Assembly (NCBI GenBank): GCA_963741945.1
Contig: CAVUKA010000001.1
Span: 768,001 to 832,000 of the forward strand
Length of the DNA stretch: 64,000 nt
Direction: 5' to 3'
From: an uncultured Gemmatimonadales bacterium
GTDB lineage: Bacteria; Gemmatimonadota; Gemmatimonadetes; Longimicrobiales; RSA9
The translations under genes were made by a program, and so were the position numbers. The stretch's first letter is position 1. Each line of letters starts with the position of its first letter. Positions 31,038-41,304 of this stretch are shown here, piece by piece. A model generated the notes under the pieces. It made no database searches. It was given only the letters and a program-made list of their open reading frames with translations, and was not told the origin of the DNA.

Positions 31038-32267
31038 ATGTCTGCCGCAATGCGCCGTTTCTGCCCCGTATGCCTTTCGCTCCCCATCCTGCTGGCCATT
31101 CTCCCGGTCCCTCCGGTGGCCGCGCAGGGGTTGAAGCTCACCGCGGGTGATGTGGGACTCGGCATCGGCCCGGTCCCCCGCGTCGACGGTCTTCGCCTGA
31201 ACTTCCGCGACGACTACCGCTTCGAGCAGGTCCGGGGCATCAACGCCACGATCTGGGCTCCCCGCGAAGACGTCACCGGCAGGGTCCAGGGGCTTGCGCT
31301 CGGGCTCCCGCTGACGGGTGCCGGGGAGATCGAGGGCGTCGCGCTGGGGGCCGGCGTGGCCGCCTTCGAAGCGTTTCATGGCCTGGCGCTCGCGATGATT
31401 GGAATGGGAGCAGGGGAGGAGATCCAGGGCGTGGTGCTGAGCGGGATCGGCGCCGGCACCGGTGGCAGCGCGAAAGGGATCCTGGCCGCGGGCGCGGGTG
31501 TGGGTGCGGGCGGGGACGTGACCGGGATTCTGGTGGGCGGCATCGGCGCGGGCACCGGGGGTGCGCTCCAGGGGATCGCCGTGGGCGGCGTGGGCGTGGG
31601 CGCAGGCGAAAGCGTTACCGGTCTGTTGGTGGGTGGCGTGGGCGCGGGTACCGGCGGAAATCTGGACGGTATCGGCCTGGGCGGCGTCGGCGTGGGCGCG
31701 GGCGGAAACGTGCAGGGTATCCTCGCGGGCGGCATTGGCGCCGGTGCGGGGGGCGACGTGCGAGGGCTGGCCGCGGGCGGGATCGGGGTCGGCGCGGGCG
31801 GAGACCTGACCGGGCTGGCGCTGGGCGGGGCGGGCGTGGGGGCGGGCGGATCGCTTCGCGGCATCGCGTTTTCGCTCGGCGGCATTGGCGCGGGAGGCGA
31901 CCTGGTCGGCCTTTCGGTGGCGGGTCTCGGCGTGGGTGCCGGGGGTGAGCTGCGCGGCCTGGCGGTGGCCGGGCTGGCCGTGGGCGCGCCGGAAATCACG
32001 GGGCTGGTGATCGCCGGCGTGGGCGCGGGGGGCGAGTCGGTCCGCGGCGTGGTGCTCGCCCCCGCGTACTTCCGGCTCATCGAGGGGGGAGAGCTGCACG
32101 GCGCGGTGGTGAGCGCCTACAACGACATTCGCGGTGCGCAGCACGGGCTGGCCATCGGCATCGTGAACATCACGGACGAGCTGCATGGGCTTCAGATCGG
32201 GCTCGTGAACATCGCCCGCAACAAGGATCGCTTCCCGTTCCTCCCGCTGGCCAATTATCACCGGTGA
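31038..32267 (+). CDS. secreted glycine-rich 16-aa repeat (beta-solenoid, LA_2272-like) protein
   Basis: Signal peptide; about 14 GxxxGGxGxGAGGxxx units; C-terminal GLQIGLVNI...FPFLPLAN. Confidence 0.8.
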   Translation: MSAAMRRFCPVCLSLPILLAILPVPPVAAQGLKLTAGDVGLGIGPVPRVDGLRLNFRDDYRFEQVRGINATIWAPREDVTGRVQGLALGLPLTGAGEIEGVALGAGVAAFEAFHGLALAMIGMGAGEEIQGVVLSGIGAGTGGSAKGILAAGAGVGAGGDVTGILVGGIGAGTGGALQGIAVGGVGVGAGESVTGLLVGGVGAGTGGNLDGIGLGGVGVGAGGNVQGILAGGIGAGAGGDVRGLAAGGIGVGAGGDLTGLALGGAGVGAGGSLRGIAFSLGGIGAGGDLVGLSVAGLGVGAGGELRGLAVAGLAVGAPEITGLVIAGVGAGGESVRGVVLAPAYFRLIEGGELHGAVVSAYNDIRGAQHGLAIGIVNITDELHGLQIGLVNIARNKDRFPFLPLANYHR

Positions 32268-32336
32268 TGCGCCGACGGCACGGACCTGGCCGGGGTAGTA
32301 TGTTGGAAACGCCAGTTCAACCGGGCCGGGGGCGCC

Positions 32337-32792
32337 GTGGAGATACCCGAAGGATTTCCGGACGTCCGCTTCTTCTCGCTGGAGGAGGCGAACCGAACGC
32401 TGCCCTACGTGCGCAGCGTGGTGGAAGACATCGTGGAGGAGTACGAGCAGGTGGAGCCCCTGCTCACGTGGCTGAAAGCACTGCCCGCCGAGGCCCGTGA
32501 AGGGAAGCGTGCGCGCGACGTGAAGGCGGAGGTGGCCGCCCGGGCGGAGTCGCTGGACGGCCTGGTCCAGGAGCTCCACCGCGTCGGCTGCCAGTTCAAG
32601 GGGTTCCGCGAGGGGCTGGTGGACTGGCTCAGCCTGTACGGCGGCCGACCCGTGCTGCTCTGCTGGAAGCTGGGCGAGGCGCAGATCGAACACTGGCACC
32701 AGCTCGATGCCGGCTTTCTCGGACGACAGCCGATCCTGGACTCCCAGCGCGACGCCTTTCGCTCCGTCGCCGCGGGTGGCGCCGGGGAGTAG
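32337..32792 (+). CDS. DUF2203 family protein
   Basis: FSLEEANRTLP, GLVDW, LCWKLGE..I..WH...GF.GR.PI. Confidence 0.88.
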   Translation: MEIPEGFPDVRFFSLEEANRTLPYVRSVVEDIVEEYEQVEPLLTWLKALPAEAREGKRARDVKAEVAARAESLDGLVQELHRVGCQFKGFREGLVDWLSLYGGRPVLLCWKLGEAQIEHWHQLDAGFLGRQPILDSQRDAFRSVAAGGAGE

Positions 32793-32890
32793 CAGCCCTC
32801 CGGTCCGGGCCGATCGTCGGCGGCCGGGGCCATGACCCGCCACGCTCCCCGGCCGTCGCGCAGCGCCCGTCCCGGCCGTAGACTTCCCGC

Positions 32891-35222
32891 ATGGACGCCC
32901 TCAGCCTCGCTGCGCGCACCCCGCGCATTGCCGTCGATGACGCCGCCCGCGCCGCCCGCGAGCTGTGGGGCGAGCACGGCGATGTCACGGAGCTGCCGAG
33001 CGAGCGCGACCGCAACTTCCTGCTGACGCGCCCGGACGGCGCCCGCCGCGTTCTCAAGGTGTCGCGCCTGCACGAGGATCCGGCATTGCTGGAAGCGCAG
33101 AACGCGATGGTGAAGCGCGCGGCCGATCGCGTTCGCGCCTTCAGCTTCCCCGCACCCCTCCCCTCCCTCGCCGGCCGCGAGATCGAGACCGTCGACACGG
33201 GCGACGCCCGCCATCTCGCTCGCCTGGTCCGGTGGGTCCCCGGCATCCCGCTGGCGCGGCTACCCGCCCGCCCTCCCGCGCTGCTCCGCGACCTGGGTCG
33301 GCTGCTCGGCGCCCTCGATCGGGCGCTGACCGGGATCGACCTCCCCGCGCTGCACCGGGACTTCTACTGGGACGTACGCAGCGGGAAGCACCTGCTCGAG
33401 CGCCACGTGTCGGCGCTCCCCGAGGATCGCCGCGGCCCCGTCCAGCGCCGCGTGGCCCTGGCCGACCGCGTCCTCGCCGCTCGCGAGCCTCGCCTGCGCC
33501 GCGGCCTGATCCACGGGGATGGCAACGACTGGAACATCCTTGCCGAGGATGGCCACCCCCACCGCGTGACCGGGCTCCTGGACTTCGGCGACGCCGTCCA
33601 CTCCTGGCTGGCGGCGGAGCCCGCCGTGGCCGCCGCGTACGCCATGATGGGCCAGGACGACCCGGTCGCCGCCGCGGCCGCCGTGGTGGCCGGCTACCAG
33701 GCCGCCCACCCGCTCGACCGCGCGGAGCTGGAGGCGGTGTGGGCCCTGGCGGGGCTCCGGCTGGCCATGTCGGTGACGATTGCAGCCATCCAGCGGGAGC
33801 AGCGACCGGGCGACGCGTACCTGTCCGTGAGCGAGTCTGCGGCGTGGACGCTGCTGCGGGCCATGGATGACATCGACCCCGAAGATGCGACGGAGCGGAT
33901 CGTGGAGAGCGCAGGCCAGCTGACCACCCCCGAGATCATGGAGCGCCGGAGCCGGCACATCGGGCCGTCGCTGAGCGTCTCCTACCGACGGCCGCTGCAC
34001 ATCGTACGCGGCTGGATGCAGCACCTCTACGACAATGGGGGCGGCGAATACCTCGACTGCGTCAACAACGTGGCCCACGTCGGTCACTGCCACCCTCGCG
34101 TGGTGGACGCACTCTCCACCCAGGCCGCGATCCTGAACACGAACACCCGCTACCTCCATCCCGCGCTCGTCCGCTATCGCCGAGCGGCTCACGGCCACAC
34201 TTCCGGATCCACTCTCCGTCTGCTTCCTCGTCAATTCCGGCAGTGAGGCGAACGAGCTGGCGTTGCGTCTCTCCCGCGCGTACACCGGGCGCCGCGACGC
34301 CGTGGTCCTCGACTCCGCGTACCACGGCAACACCAACGCCGCCATCGACCTCAGCCCCTACAAGTTCAATGGCCCGGGCGGGGCGGGCGCGCCCGCCTGG
34401 GTCCACGTCGCACCGCTCCCCGACCCCTACCGCGGCCGATTCCGGGCGCCCGAGCGGGAGCTGGGGCAGCGCTACGCCGCCGACCTCGCCGCAGCCGTGG
34501 ACCGCGCCCGCGAGAACGGGGGCGTCGCCGCGTTCTTCGCCGAATCACTGGCCAGCTGCGGCGGACAGGTCGAGTTCCCGCCCGGCTTCCTCTCCGCCGC
34601 TTACGCCGCAGTCCGTGACGCGGGCGGCGTGTGCGTCGCCGATGAGGTCCAGGTGGGGTTCGGCCGCGTCGGCAGCCACTTCTGGGGCTTTCAGACCCAG
34701 GGCGACGATGTGATCCCGGACATCGTCACGCTCGGCAAGCCCATCGGCAACGGACACCCCCTCGGCGCCATCGTGACCACGCCGGCCATTGCCGACGCTT
34801 TCGCGAATGGGATGGAGTACTTCAACACGTTCGGCGGCAATCCCGTCAGCTGCGCCGTCGGACTGGCCGTCCTGGACGTCATCCGCGACGAGGGACTCCA
34901 GCAGCACGCACGCGACGTCGGAGACCGCCTCCTCGCCGGGCTCCGCCAGCTCGCGGCCGGATTCCCCGCCATTGGCCATGTCCGGGGACGCGGGCTCTTC
35001 CTCGGCATCGAGCTCGTCGTCGATCCCGTCAGCCGCGAGCCCGCCACACGCCTCGCCGGCGACGTCGTGGAGTCCATGCGCGACCGCCATCTCCTCCTCA
35101 GCACCGATGGGCCGGACGCCAACGTGATCAAGATCAAGCCCCCACTCCCCTTCTCCGAGGCAGACGCCGACCGCCTCACCACCGAGCTCGCCGACGTGCT
35201 CCGCTCGCTCACCGCGTCGTAG
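32891..35222 (+). pseudogene. APH-type kinase + class III aminotransferase/phospho-lyase fusion, split by a 1-nt insertion near 34178
   Basis: SERDRNF, HGDGNDWN, DFGD kinase motifs; YLDCVNNVAHVGHCHP; after the shift [30 protein letters not shown]. Confidence 0.9.
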
Positions 35223-35353
35223 CGCCCGCTGCGCCGGGTGACCGGCGAACGCTGACGCCGCGGCATCGGCTGACGGGCGGGCTCGTGCGCCGAGCCCCCG
35301 CCCCCGCCCACGGTTGCGGTGCGCGGCCGGAATGTGGACATTCAGGGCTTCAT

Positions 35354-38122
35354 ATGCTCACTCCCCCCACGCGCCAGCGATGGCACGCCCTTGCTCGCGC
35401 CATACGCGCGCACTTCGGTGCCGCGGAGCAGTCCGCGCTCCGGGTGGCCGGCCTGTTCGCCCTTTTCGGAGTGCTCTGGATCCTTCTCTCCGACCGGGTC
35501 GTGGAGACGGTGGTGATCCCGGGCTACGACCCCGCCACACTGCAGACGGTGAAAGGGCTCGTGTTCGTGCTGCTGTCCGCCGGGCTTGTGTTCTTGGTGG
35601 CGAGGCGCGGGTATGCGCGGATCAGGGCGAGCGAGCTGGCCGAGCACCGCGAAACGGAAGAGCGATTCCGCCGCATGGTGGAGCGGAGCGAAGAGGTGTT
35701 CTTCTATGAGCAGGACGCGGAAGGGCGGTTCAGGTACATCTCGCCATCCGTATCGGGCGTGCTCGGGTATGATCCGGCCGCACTCCTCGGCAGCTCGTTC
35801 GACGGCCTGCTGTCGGACGAGGACGAAGGCAGTGCGGAGCTGAGGCGGCGGGGGCTGCAGGGCGGCGACCGGCTTCCGAGCTACCGGCTTGCCGTTTCTC
35901 ACACCACAGGGCGTACGGTGGTGCTCGAGATCGTGGAGCGCCCCGTTTACGGATCGCCCGACCCGGCCGCGGCCCCCGGCCCGGTCGCGCTCCAGGGCCT
36001 CGCGCGGGACGTCACGGAGCGGCACGACACGCTGATGAAGCTGCGCCGCCGCCTGGAGGTGGAGGCCGGCCTCGCCAGGATCTCCTCCCTGCTGGCGGCG
36101 GGCGTCCGCGATGCCCCCGACCGTGTCACGGCGGAGCTGGGACGGCTGCTCGGGACGGACGCGGCCGCCCTCTTCCTGATGGAGCGGGAGCAACCGAAAG
36201 TCGAGCACGCCTTCGAGTGGCGGGCGGCCGGGATGACGATCCCCGACGGCGCGTCGCCAGCGCCCCTGCTCCCGGGAGGGTGGCTGGTGGATCGCCTCGG
36301 GCGTGGCGACGAGCTTCGGATCGAGGATGCGGACGCGCTGCCCGAAAGCGCCCGTGCGGACCGGGAGTTCCTGAAGCGCCGGGGCTTCCGAAGCGTCTTC
36401 GCCCTGCCGCTGGCGGGGAAGGACCTCTCGCTGGCGTTCATCGCGCTCTACGCGCGGGAGCCACGCGCCTGGGCCGCCGACGACCTTCAGACGCTGCGGG
36501 TGGCAGGCCGGATGGTGACGACCGAGCTCGAGCGACGCAGGGCCGAGGAGCTTCTGCGCCTGCTGTCGCGTGCCGTGGACCAGAGCCCGGCTTCGATCAT
36601 CATCACGGACATGGCCGGGGACATCGTATACGTGAACCCGAAGTTCACGGCCGTGAGCGGCTACGCGCCGGATGAAGTGATCGGCAGGAATCCCCGGCTG
36701 CTGCAGTCTGGCAAGCACGACGTGACGTTCTACCGGGGCCTCTGGGAAACGATCATGGCAGGCCGCGAGTGGCGGGGCGAGATCCAGAACCGCCGCAAGG
36801 ACGGCGACATCTTCTGGGAGGTGGCGGCGATCTCCGGGGTGCTGGCTCCGTCCGGTGAGGTCACCCACTTCGTCGCCGTGAAGGAGGATGTGACGGAGAA
36901 CCGGCTCCTGCAGAAGAAGTTCGAGCAGGCGCAGAAAATGGACGCGGTCGGGCGTCTGGCTGGCGGCCTGGCCCACGACTTCAACAACGTGCTCACGGCC
37001 ATCCACGGCCACGCCCGCCTCGTGCTCGATCAGCTGGACGCGTCGCAGCCGCAGCGGGATGACATCGAGGAGATCGTCATGGCGGCCGACCGCGCCGCCG
37101 GCGTGATCCGCCAGCTGCTCCATTTCAGCCGCCGGGGCGGGACCAGCCCGGAAGTGGTGGACCTGAACGATGTCGTGGGTGGTCTGAAACGCATGCTGCG
37201 GGGACTGCTCAGCGAGGAAGTCCGCCTGGAGGTCGAGCTGTGCACGCACCCCTGCCTGGTGCGGGCCGACCGGGGCCAGATGGAGCAGATCCTCATCAAC
37301 CTGGCCATCAATGCGCGCGACGCCATGCCCGGCGGCGGCGCGCTTCGGATCGGCCTGACCCGAACCGACCGCGCAGAGGCCAGCGAGCCGGTGGAAGCGG
37401 CAGGATTCGGCCGGTCGGACGAGGCTGCATCGGCGGAATCCTTCGTGCGGATCACGGTGACGGACACGGGTACGGGGATGAGCCCCGATGTCCAGCAGCA
37501 CGTGTTCGAGCCGTTCTTCACGACCAAGGAAACGGGTAAGGGCACCGGCCTCGGGCTCGCCACGGTTTACGGCATGGTGCAGGAGAACGGGGGCTGGATC
37601 AGCTTCCGCAGCGAGGAGGAGCGCGGCACGACGTTCACGCTCCATTTCCCCGCCCTCGAAGCTGACATGGCGCCCGGCGCTCCCCTGGCGGAGCCGGCGA
37701 GCGGGAACGGGGTGCCACGACCGGGGAATGAGGTGGTGCTCGTGGTGGAGGACGAGGCGTCGGTTCGCTCCGTGGTCCGGCGCGTGCTGAGTCGCCTCGG
37801 CTACACGGTCCTGGAAGCTTCGGACGGGGCCGACGCGGAGACGCGGGCCGCCGAGTACGGCGGCGCCATCCACCTCCTGCTCACGGACACCGTGATGCCC
37901 GGCATGCGTGGCCCCGAGGTGGCGCGCCGCCTCCGCGCGCGACGGCCCGAGATCCGGGTGCTGCTCATGAGCGGCTACACGTTCGACGAGGCGGACCCCC
38001 GGGCGTTGCTCGAGGACGCGGACTTCATCGGGAAGCCGTTCACCCCCGAGTCGCTCGCGGCCGCCGTCCGGAATGCGCTGGACCGGCTCCCCACCGGCGG
38101 TCCGGAGAGCCATTCAGCCTGA
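35354..38122 (+). CDS. hybrid sensor histidine kinase/response regulator (TM-PAS-GAF-PAS-HisKA-HATPase-REC)
   Basis: GRLAGGLAHDFNN, NLAINARDAM, DTGTGM, FEPFFTTK, GTGLGL, VVEDE...TDTVMPG. Confidence 0.95.
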   Translation: MLTPPTRQRWHALARAIRAHFGAAEQSALRVAGLFALFGVLWILLSDRVVETVVIPGYDPATLQTVKGLVFVLLSAGLVFLVARRGYARIRASELAEHRETEERFRRMVERSEEVFFYEQDAEGRFRYISPSVSGVLGYDPAALLGSSFDGLLSDEDEGSAELRRRGLQGGDRLPSYRLAVSHTTGRTVVLEIVERPVYGSPDPAAAPGPVALQGLARDVTERHDTLMKLRRRLEVEAGLARISSLLAAGVRDAPDRVTAELGRLLGTDAAALFLMEREQPKVEHAFEWRAAGMTIPDGASPAPLLPGGWLVDRLGRGDELRIEDADALPESARADREFLKRRGFRSVFALPLAGKDLSLAFIALYAREPRAWAADDLQTLRVAGRMVTTELERRRAEELLRLLSRAVDQSPASIIITDMAGDIVYVNPKFTAVSGYAPDEVIGRNPRLLQSGKHDVTFYRGLWETIMAGREWRGEIQNRRKDGDIFWEVAAISGVLAPSGEVTHFVAVKEDVTENRLLQKKFEQAQKMDAVGRLAGGLAHDFNNVLTAIHGHARLVLDQLDASQPQRDDIEEIVMAADRAAGVIRQLLHFSRRGGTSPEVVDLNDVVGGLKRMLRGLLSEEVRLEVELCTHPCLVRADRGQMEQILINLAINARDAMPGGGALRIGLTRTDRAEASEPVEAAGFGRSDEAASAESFVRITVTDTGTGMSPDVQQHVFEPFFTTKETGKGTGLGLATVYGMVQENGGWISFRSEEERGTTFTLHFPALEADMAPGAPLAEPASGNGVPRPGNEVVLVVEDEASVRSVVRRVLSRLGYTVLEASDGADAETRAAEYGGAIHLLLTDTVMPGMRGPEVARRLRARRPEIRVLLMSGYTFDEADPRALLEDADFIGKPFTPESLAAAVRNALDRLPTGGPESHSA

Positions 38123-38131
38123 ACGGCGCGA

Positions 38132-38788
38132 TCAGGGGCCCGGGCGGGGCAGCCGGCCCGAGCGCTGCGCGGTCCGGGCCTCCTCGATGGCGCGGCGGAC
38201 TTCACGCGGCCCGAGGTCCAGCGCCTCGCCCGCCCGATCGAGCAGCCTGCTCTCCTGCGGGTGGAGGTCGCCATCCGCGGTGCAGACGAGGTACGCGGCC
38301 GATACCAGGCTACGCCGCATGCGCATGGGGACCAGGAGGGCGAGCCGCGCCAGTCGCGGTATCGGCTCACCCCACTCGGCGCGAGCATGCGTCAGGAGCT
38401 CAGCGACTTCCATGTCGCCCAGCGGCTTCCCCGTGTACCAGCGGAGCACGGACCCGGCCACCTCCCGCTCCGATTCCCGTACGGCCGCGTCGGACAGCAT
38501 GACGGCCGCCATCACGGAAACGAGAGCCACTTCGTCCTCGGCCAGAACGGGGGCGATGCGCCGGGAGTCGGCGGCGGCGAAGGCGTGGCCACATTCGTCG
38601 CACGCATTGAAGAGCGCGGGTCGTCCGAAGCGGAACAGCGGTCGCCCGAGCGCGGTGAGGTGACGCTGGAGTATGACCCGCGAGCAGCCGCGCGGCGCCC
38701 CGCAGCGTGGACAGTCGAAGCTGCTCGCCGCCTTTTCTTCCCGGCGCCAGACCGTGCCCACCAGATCGCCGCCCCCTGAGCGCTCCAT
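38132..38788 (-). CDS. zinc-ribbon + TerB-like domain protein
   Basis: CPRC...CDEC; helical domain with ADGDLHPQESRLL. Confidence 0.75.
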   Translation of the reverse strand: MERSGGGDLVGTVWRREEKAASSFDCPRCGAPRGCSRVILQRHLTALGRPLFRFGRPALFNACDECGHAFAAADSRRIAPVLAEDEVALVSVMAAVMLSDAAVRESEREVAGSVLRWYTGKPLGDMEVAELLTHARAEWGEPIPRLARLALLVPMRMRRSLVSAAYLVCTADGDLHPQESRLLDRAGEALDLGPREVRRAIEEARTAQRSGRLPRPGP

Positions 38789-38946
38789 CCGACAAAGGTG
38801 CTCGGTGGCGCTGTGAGAGTCCAGGGGCTGGGCGTGCGGAACCCTCCGGCGTGCACTAGAGTACGAACCCCGTGCCGCGGCCCCGGTCGCGGAGCGATGT
38901 CGTACGCGCCGGACGCCGGCGCGCCCAGCTCCCGAGGATGCATTAC

Positions 38947-41136
38947 ATGTCGCGAACCAGATTGCTGTCGATCCCATTGGTGCTGCTGGCGGGGGCGTGT
39001 GCCCACGCCGCTCCGCCCACGACCCCCCCACAGGCCCCTGTCGCCTCGCACACGCCCTCTGCCGAGGCGGCGCGGGAAAACCCGTTCTTCGAACCGAGCC
39101 CGCTGCCGTTCCAGGCTCCGCCTTTCGACCGTATCCGCGACACCGACTACATGCCGGCGCTGGAGCGGGGAATGGCGCAGCACCTGGCGGAGGTGGAAGC
39201 GATCGCGGCCCAGGCTGACGCGCCGACGTTCGACAATACGATCGTGGCACTCGAGCGCTCGGGCGCCCTGCTGAATCGCGTGTCGAAAGTGTTCTTCTCC
39301 ATCACCTCGGCGAACACCGATGACACGCTCCAGGCCGTGCTGACCGAAGTCGCGCCCAGGTTGGCCGCCCACAGCGACGCCATCTACCTGAACGCGAAGC
39401 TGTTCGACCGCATCCGCACGCTCCACGACCAGCGGGATTCCATCGGGCTGAATGCCGAGCAGAAGCGCGTGGTCGACGAGTATTACAGCGACTTCGTCCG
39501 CTCGGGCGCGCTCCTGACGGAGATGCAGAAGGACACGCTGCGCGCGCTCAACCAGGAAGAGTCGACGCTGTCCACGGAGTTCCAGAACCGCCTCCTCGCC
39601 GGCACCAAGGCCGCGGCGCTGGTGGTCCGCGACAGGGAGATGCTCGCCGGCCTGAGCGATGCCGAGATCGCGGCAGCCGCCAGCGCGGCCGAGCAGCGGG
39701 GTCTGGATGGGGCCTGGGTCCTGCCGCTGCAGAACACCACCCAGCAGCCCGCCCAGGCGTCCCTCACGGATCGGTCCGTGCGGCAGCAGCTGTTCGAGGC
39801 GTCGACCCGGCGGGCGGAGCACGGTGACGCAAACGACACGCGCTCGCTCATCCAGCGGCTGGCGCAGGAGCGGGCGTTGCGCGCGAAGCTCCTCGGCTAC
39901 CCGGACTACGCCGCGTACGCGCTCGAGCCGCAGATGGCGGGGACGCCGGAGGCGGCCATCGGGCTGATGAAGCGGCTGGTCCCCGCGGCCACGGCGAAGG
40001 CGAGGGCCGAAGCGGCGGACATGCAGGCGCTCATCGATCAGCAGGGTGGCGATTTCCAGCTCCAGCCGTGGGACTGGCAGTACTACTCGGAGCAGGTCCG
40101 GAAGGCGAAGTACGACCTGGATGAGTCCCAGATCAAGCCGTACTTCGAGCTGAACCGAGTCCTGGAGGATGGCGTCTTCTACGCCGCCAACAAGCTCTAC
40201 GGCATCACGTTCCAGGAGCGGCACGACATTCCGGTCTACGCCCCCGACGTCCGGGTCTTCCAGGTCAATGACGCCGACGGCTCGCCGCTCGCGCTCTTCT
40301 ATTGCGACTACTTCAAGCGCGACAACAAGAGTGGCGGGGCGTGGATGGACACGTTCGTGGACCAGTCGGGACTGATGGGAACGAAGCCGGTGGTCTTCAA
40401 CGTGGCGAATTTCGCCAGGCCCGCGGCGGGACAGCCGGCGCTGCTGAGCTACGACGACGTGACCACAATGTTTCACGAATTCGGTCACGCGCTCCACGGA
40501 ATGTTCTCGAACGTGACCTATCCGAAGCTGTCCGGGACCAGCGTCCCCCGCGACTTCGTGGAGTTCCCGTCCCAGTTCAACGAGAAATGGGCCATGGACC
40601 CGGACGTGTTTGCGCACTACGCGCGGCACTACCGGACGGGCGAGCCCATGCCGCAGGCGCTGGTGGCCAAGATCAAGAAGGCGGGCACGTTCAATCAGGG
40701 CTTCGCCACCACGGAGTACCTGGCGGCTGCGCTCCTCGACATGGCGTGGCACACGCTGCCGGCGGATGCTCCCCGACAGGATGTGGACGCCTTCGAAGCG
40801 AAGGCGCTGGCCGACGCCGGGTTCGACGTGCCCCAGGTGCCGCCACGCTACCGGACGACGTACTTCGCCCACATCTGGGAGGGCGGTTACGCGGCCGGTT
40901 ATTACGCGTACATCTGGGCCGAGGTGCTGGACCACGACGCATTCGCCTGGTTCCAGGAGCACGGTGGCATGACCCGCGCCAACGGGCAGCGCTACCGTGA
41001 CATGGTCCTTTCGAAGGGCGGAACGGAAGAGGCGGGAGCCATGTACCGGGCGTTCCGGGGACGGGACCCGAGCATCGAGCCGCTGCTCGAGGCACGCGGT
41101 CTGGAAGCGAACACCGCTTCGGCCGGAGTGCACTGA
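38947..41136 (+). CDS. dcp: peptidyl-dipeptidase Dcp (M3), lipoprotein
   Basis: LAGAC lipobox; KSGGAWM, FHEFGHALH, PRDFVEFPSQ, GYYAYIWAEVLD. Confidence 0.95.
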   Translation: MSRTRLLSIPLVLLAGACAHAAPPTTPPQAPVASHTPSAEAARENPFFEPSPLPFQAPPFDRIRDTDYMPALERGMAQHLAEVEAIAAQADAPTFDNTIVALERSGALLNRVSKVFFSITSANTDDTLQAVLTEVAPRLAAHSDAIYLNAKLFDRIRTLHDQRDSIGLNAEQKRVVDEYYSDFVRSGALLTEMQKDTLRALNQEESTLSTEFQNRLLAGTKAAALVVRDREMLAGLSDAEIAAAASAAEQRGLDGAWVLPLQNTTQQPAQASLTDRSVRQQLFEASTRRAEHGDANDTRSLIQRLAQERALRAKLLGYPDYAAYALEPQMAGTPEAAIGLMKRLVPAATAKARAEAADMQALIDQQGGDFQLQPWDWQYYSEQVRKAKYDLDESQIKPYFELNRVLEDGVFYAANKLYGITFQERHDIPVYAPDVRVFQVNDADGSPLALFYCDYFKRDNKSGGAWMDTFVDQSGLMGTKPVVFNVANFARPAAGQPALLSYDDVTTMFHEFGHALHGMFSNVTYPKLSGTSVPRDFVEFPSQFNEKWAMDPDVFAHYARHYRTGEPMPQALVAKIKKAGTFNQGFATTEYLAAALLDMAWHTLPADAPRQDVDAFEAKALADAGFDVPQVPPRYRTTYFAHIWEGGYAAGYYAYIWAEVLDHDAFAWFQEHGGMTRANGQRYRDMVLSKGGTEEAGAMYRAFRGRDPSIEPLLEARGLEANTASAGVH

Positions 41137-41203
41137 CGCGCGGGCCGGGGCCACCGCTCTGGACGTTGCCCACGAGGTTCGCGTAGAAGGCACTTACGCG
41201 CGC

Positions 41204-41242
41204 GCCGGGGCCCCGGTTGCAACCGGGGCCCCGGCTTTCGTT
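41204..41242 (+). terminator. Rho-independent terminator (perfect 32-bp palindrome)
   Basis: GCCGGGGCCCCGGTTGCAACCGGGGCCCCGGC followed by TTTCGTT. Confidence 0.75.
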
Positions 41243-41251
41243 CTCGTCCGC

Positions 41252-41276
41252 GCGCTCTGTTTGCGGGAGTTGTTGG
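41252..41276 (+). repeat. 25-bp dispersed motif
   Basis: GCGCTCTGTTTGCGGGAGTTGTTGG between convergent genes. Confidence 0.9.
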
Positions 41277-41304
41277 TGGCCGCCTCGCCCCGCCCGCCCC
41301 CCCG

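Noticed and set aside
34170-34185. Programmed ribosomal frameshift (also considered near 2217)
   Set aside because: No slippery heptamer or homopolymer run; these families are normally contiguous ORFs.
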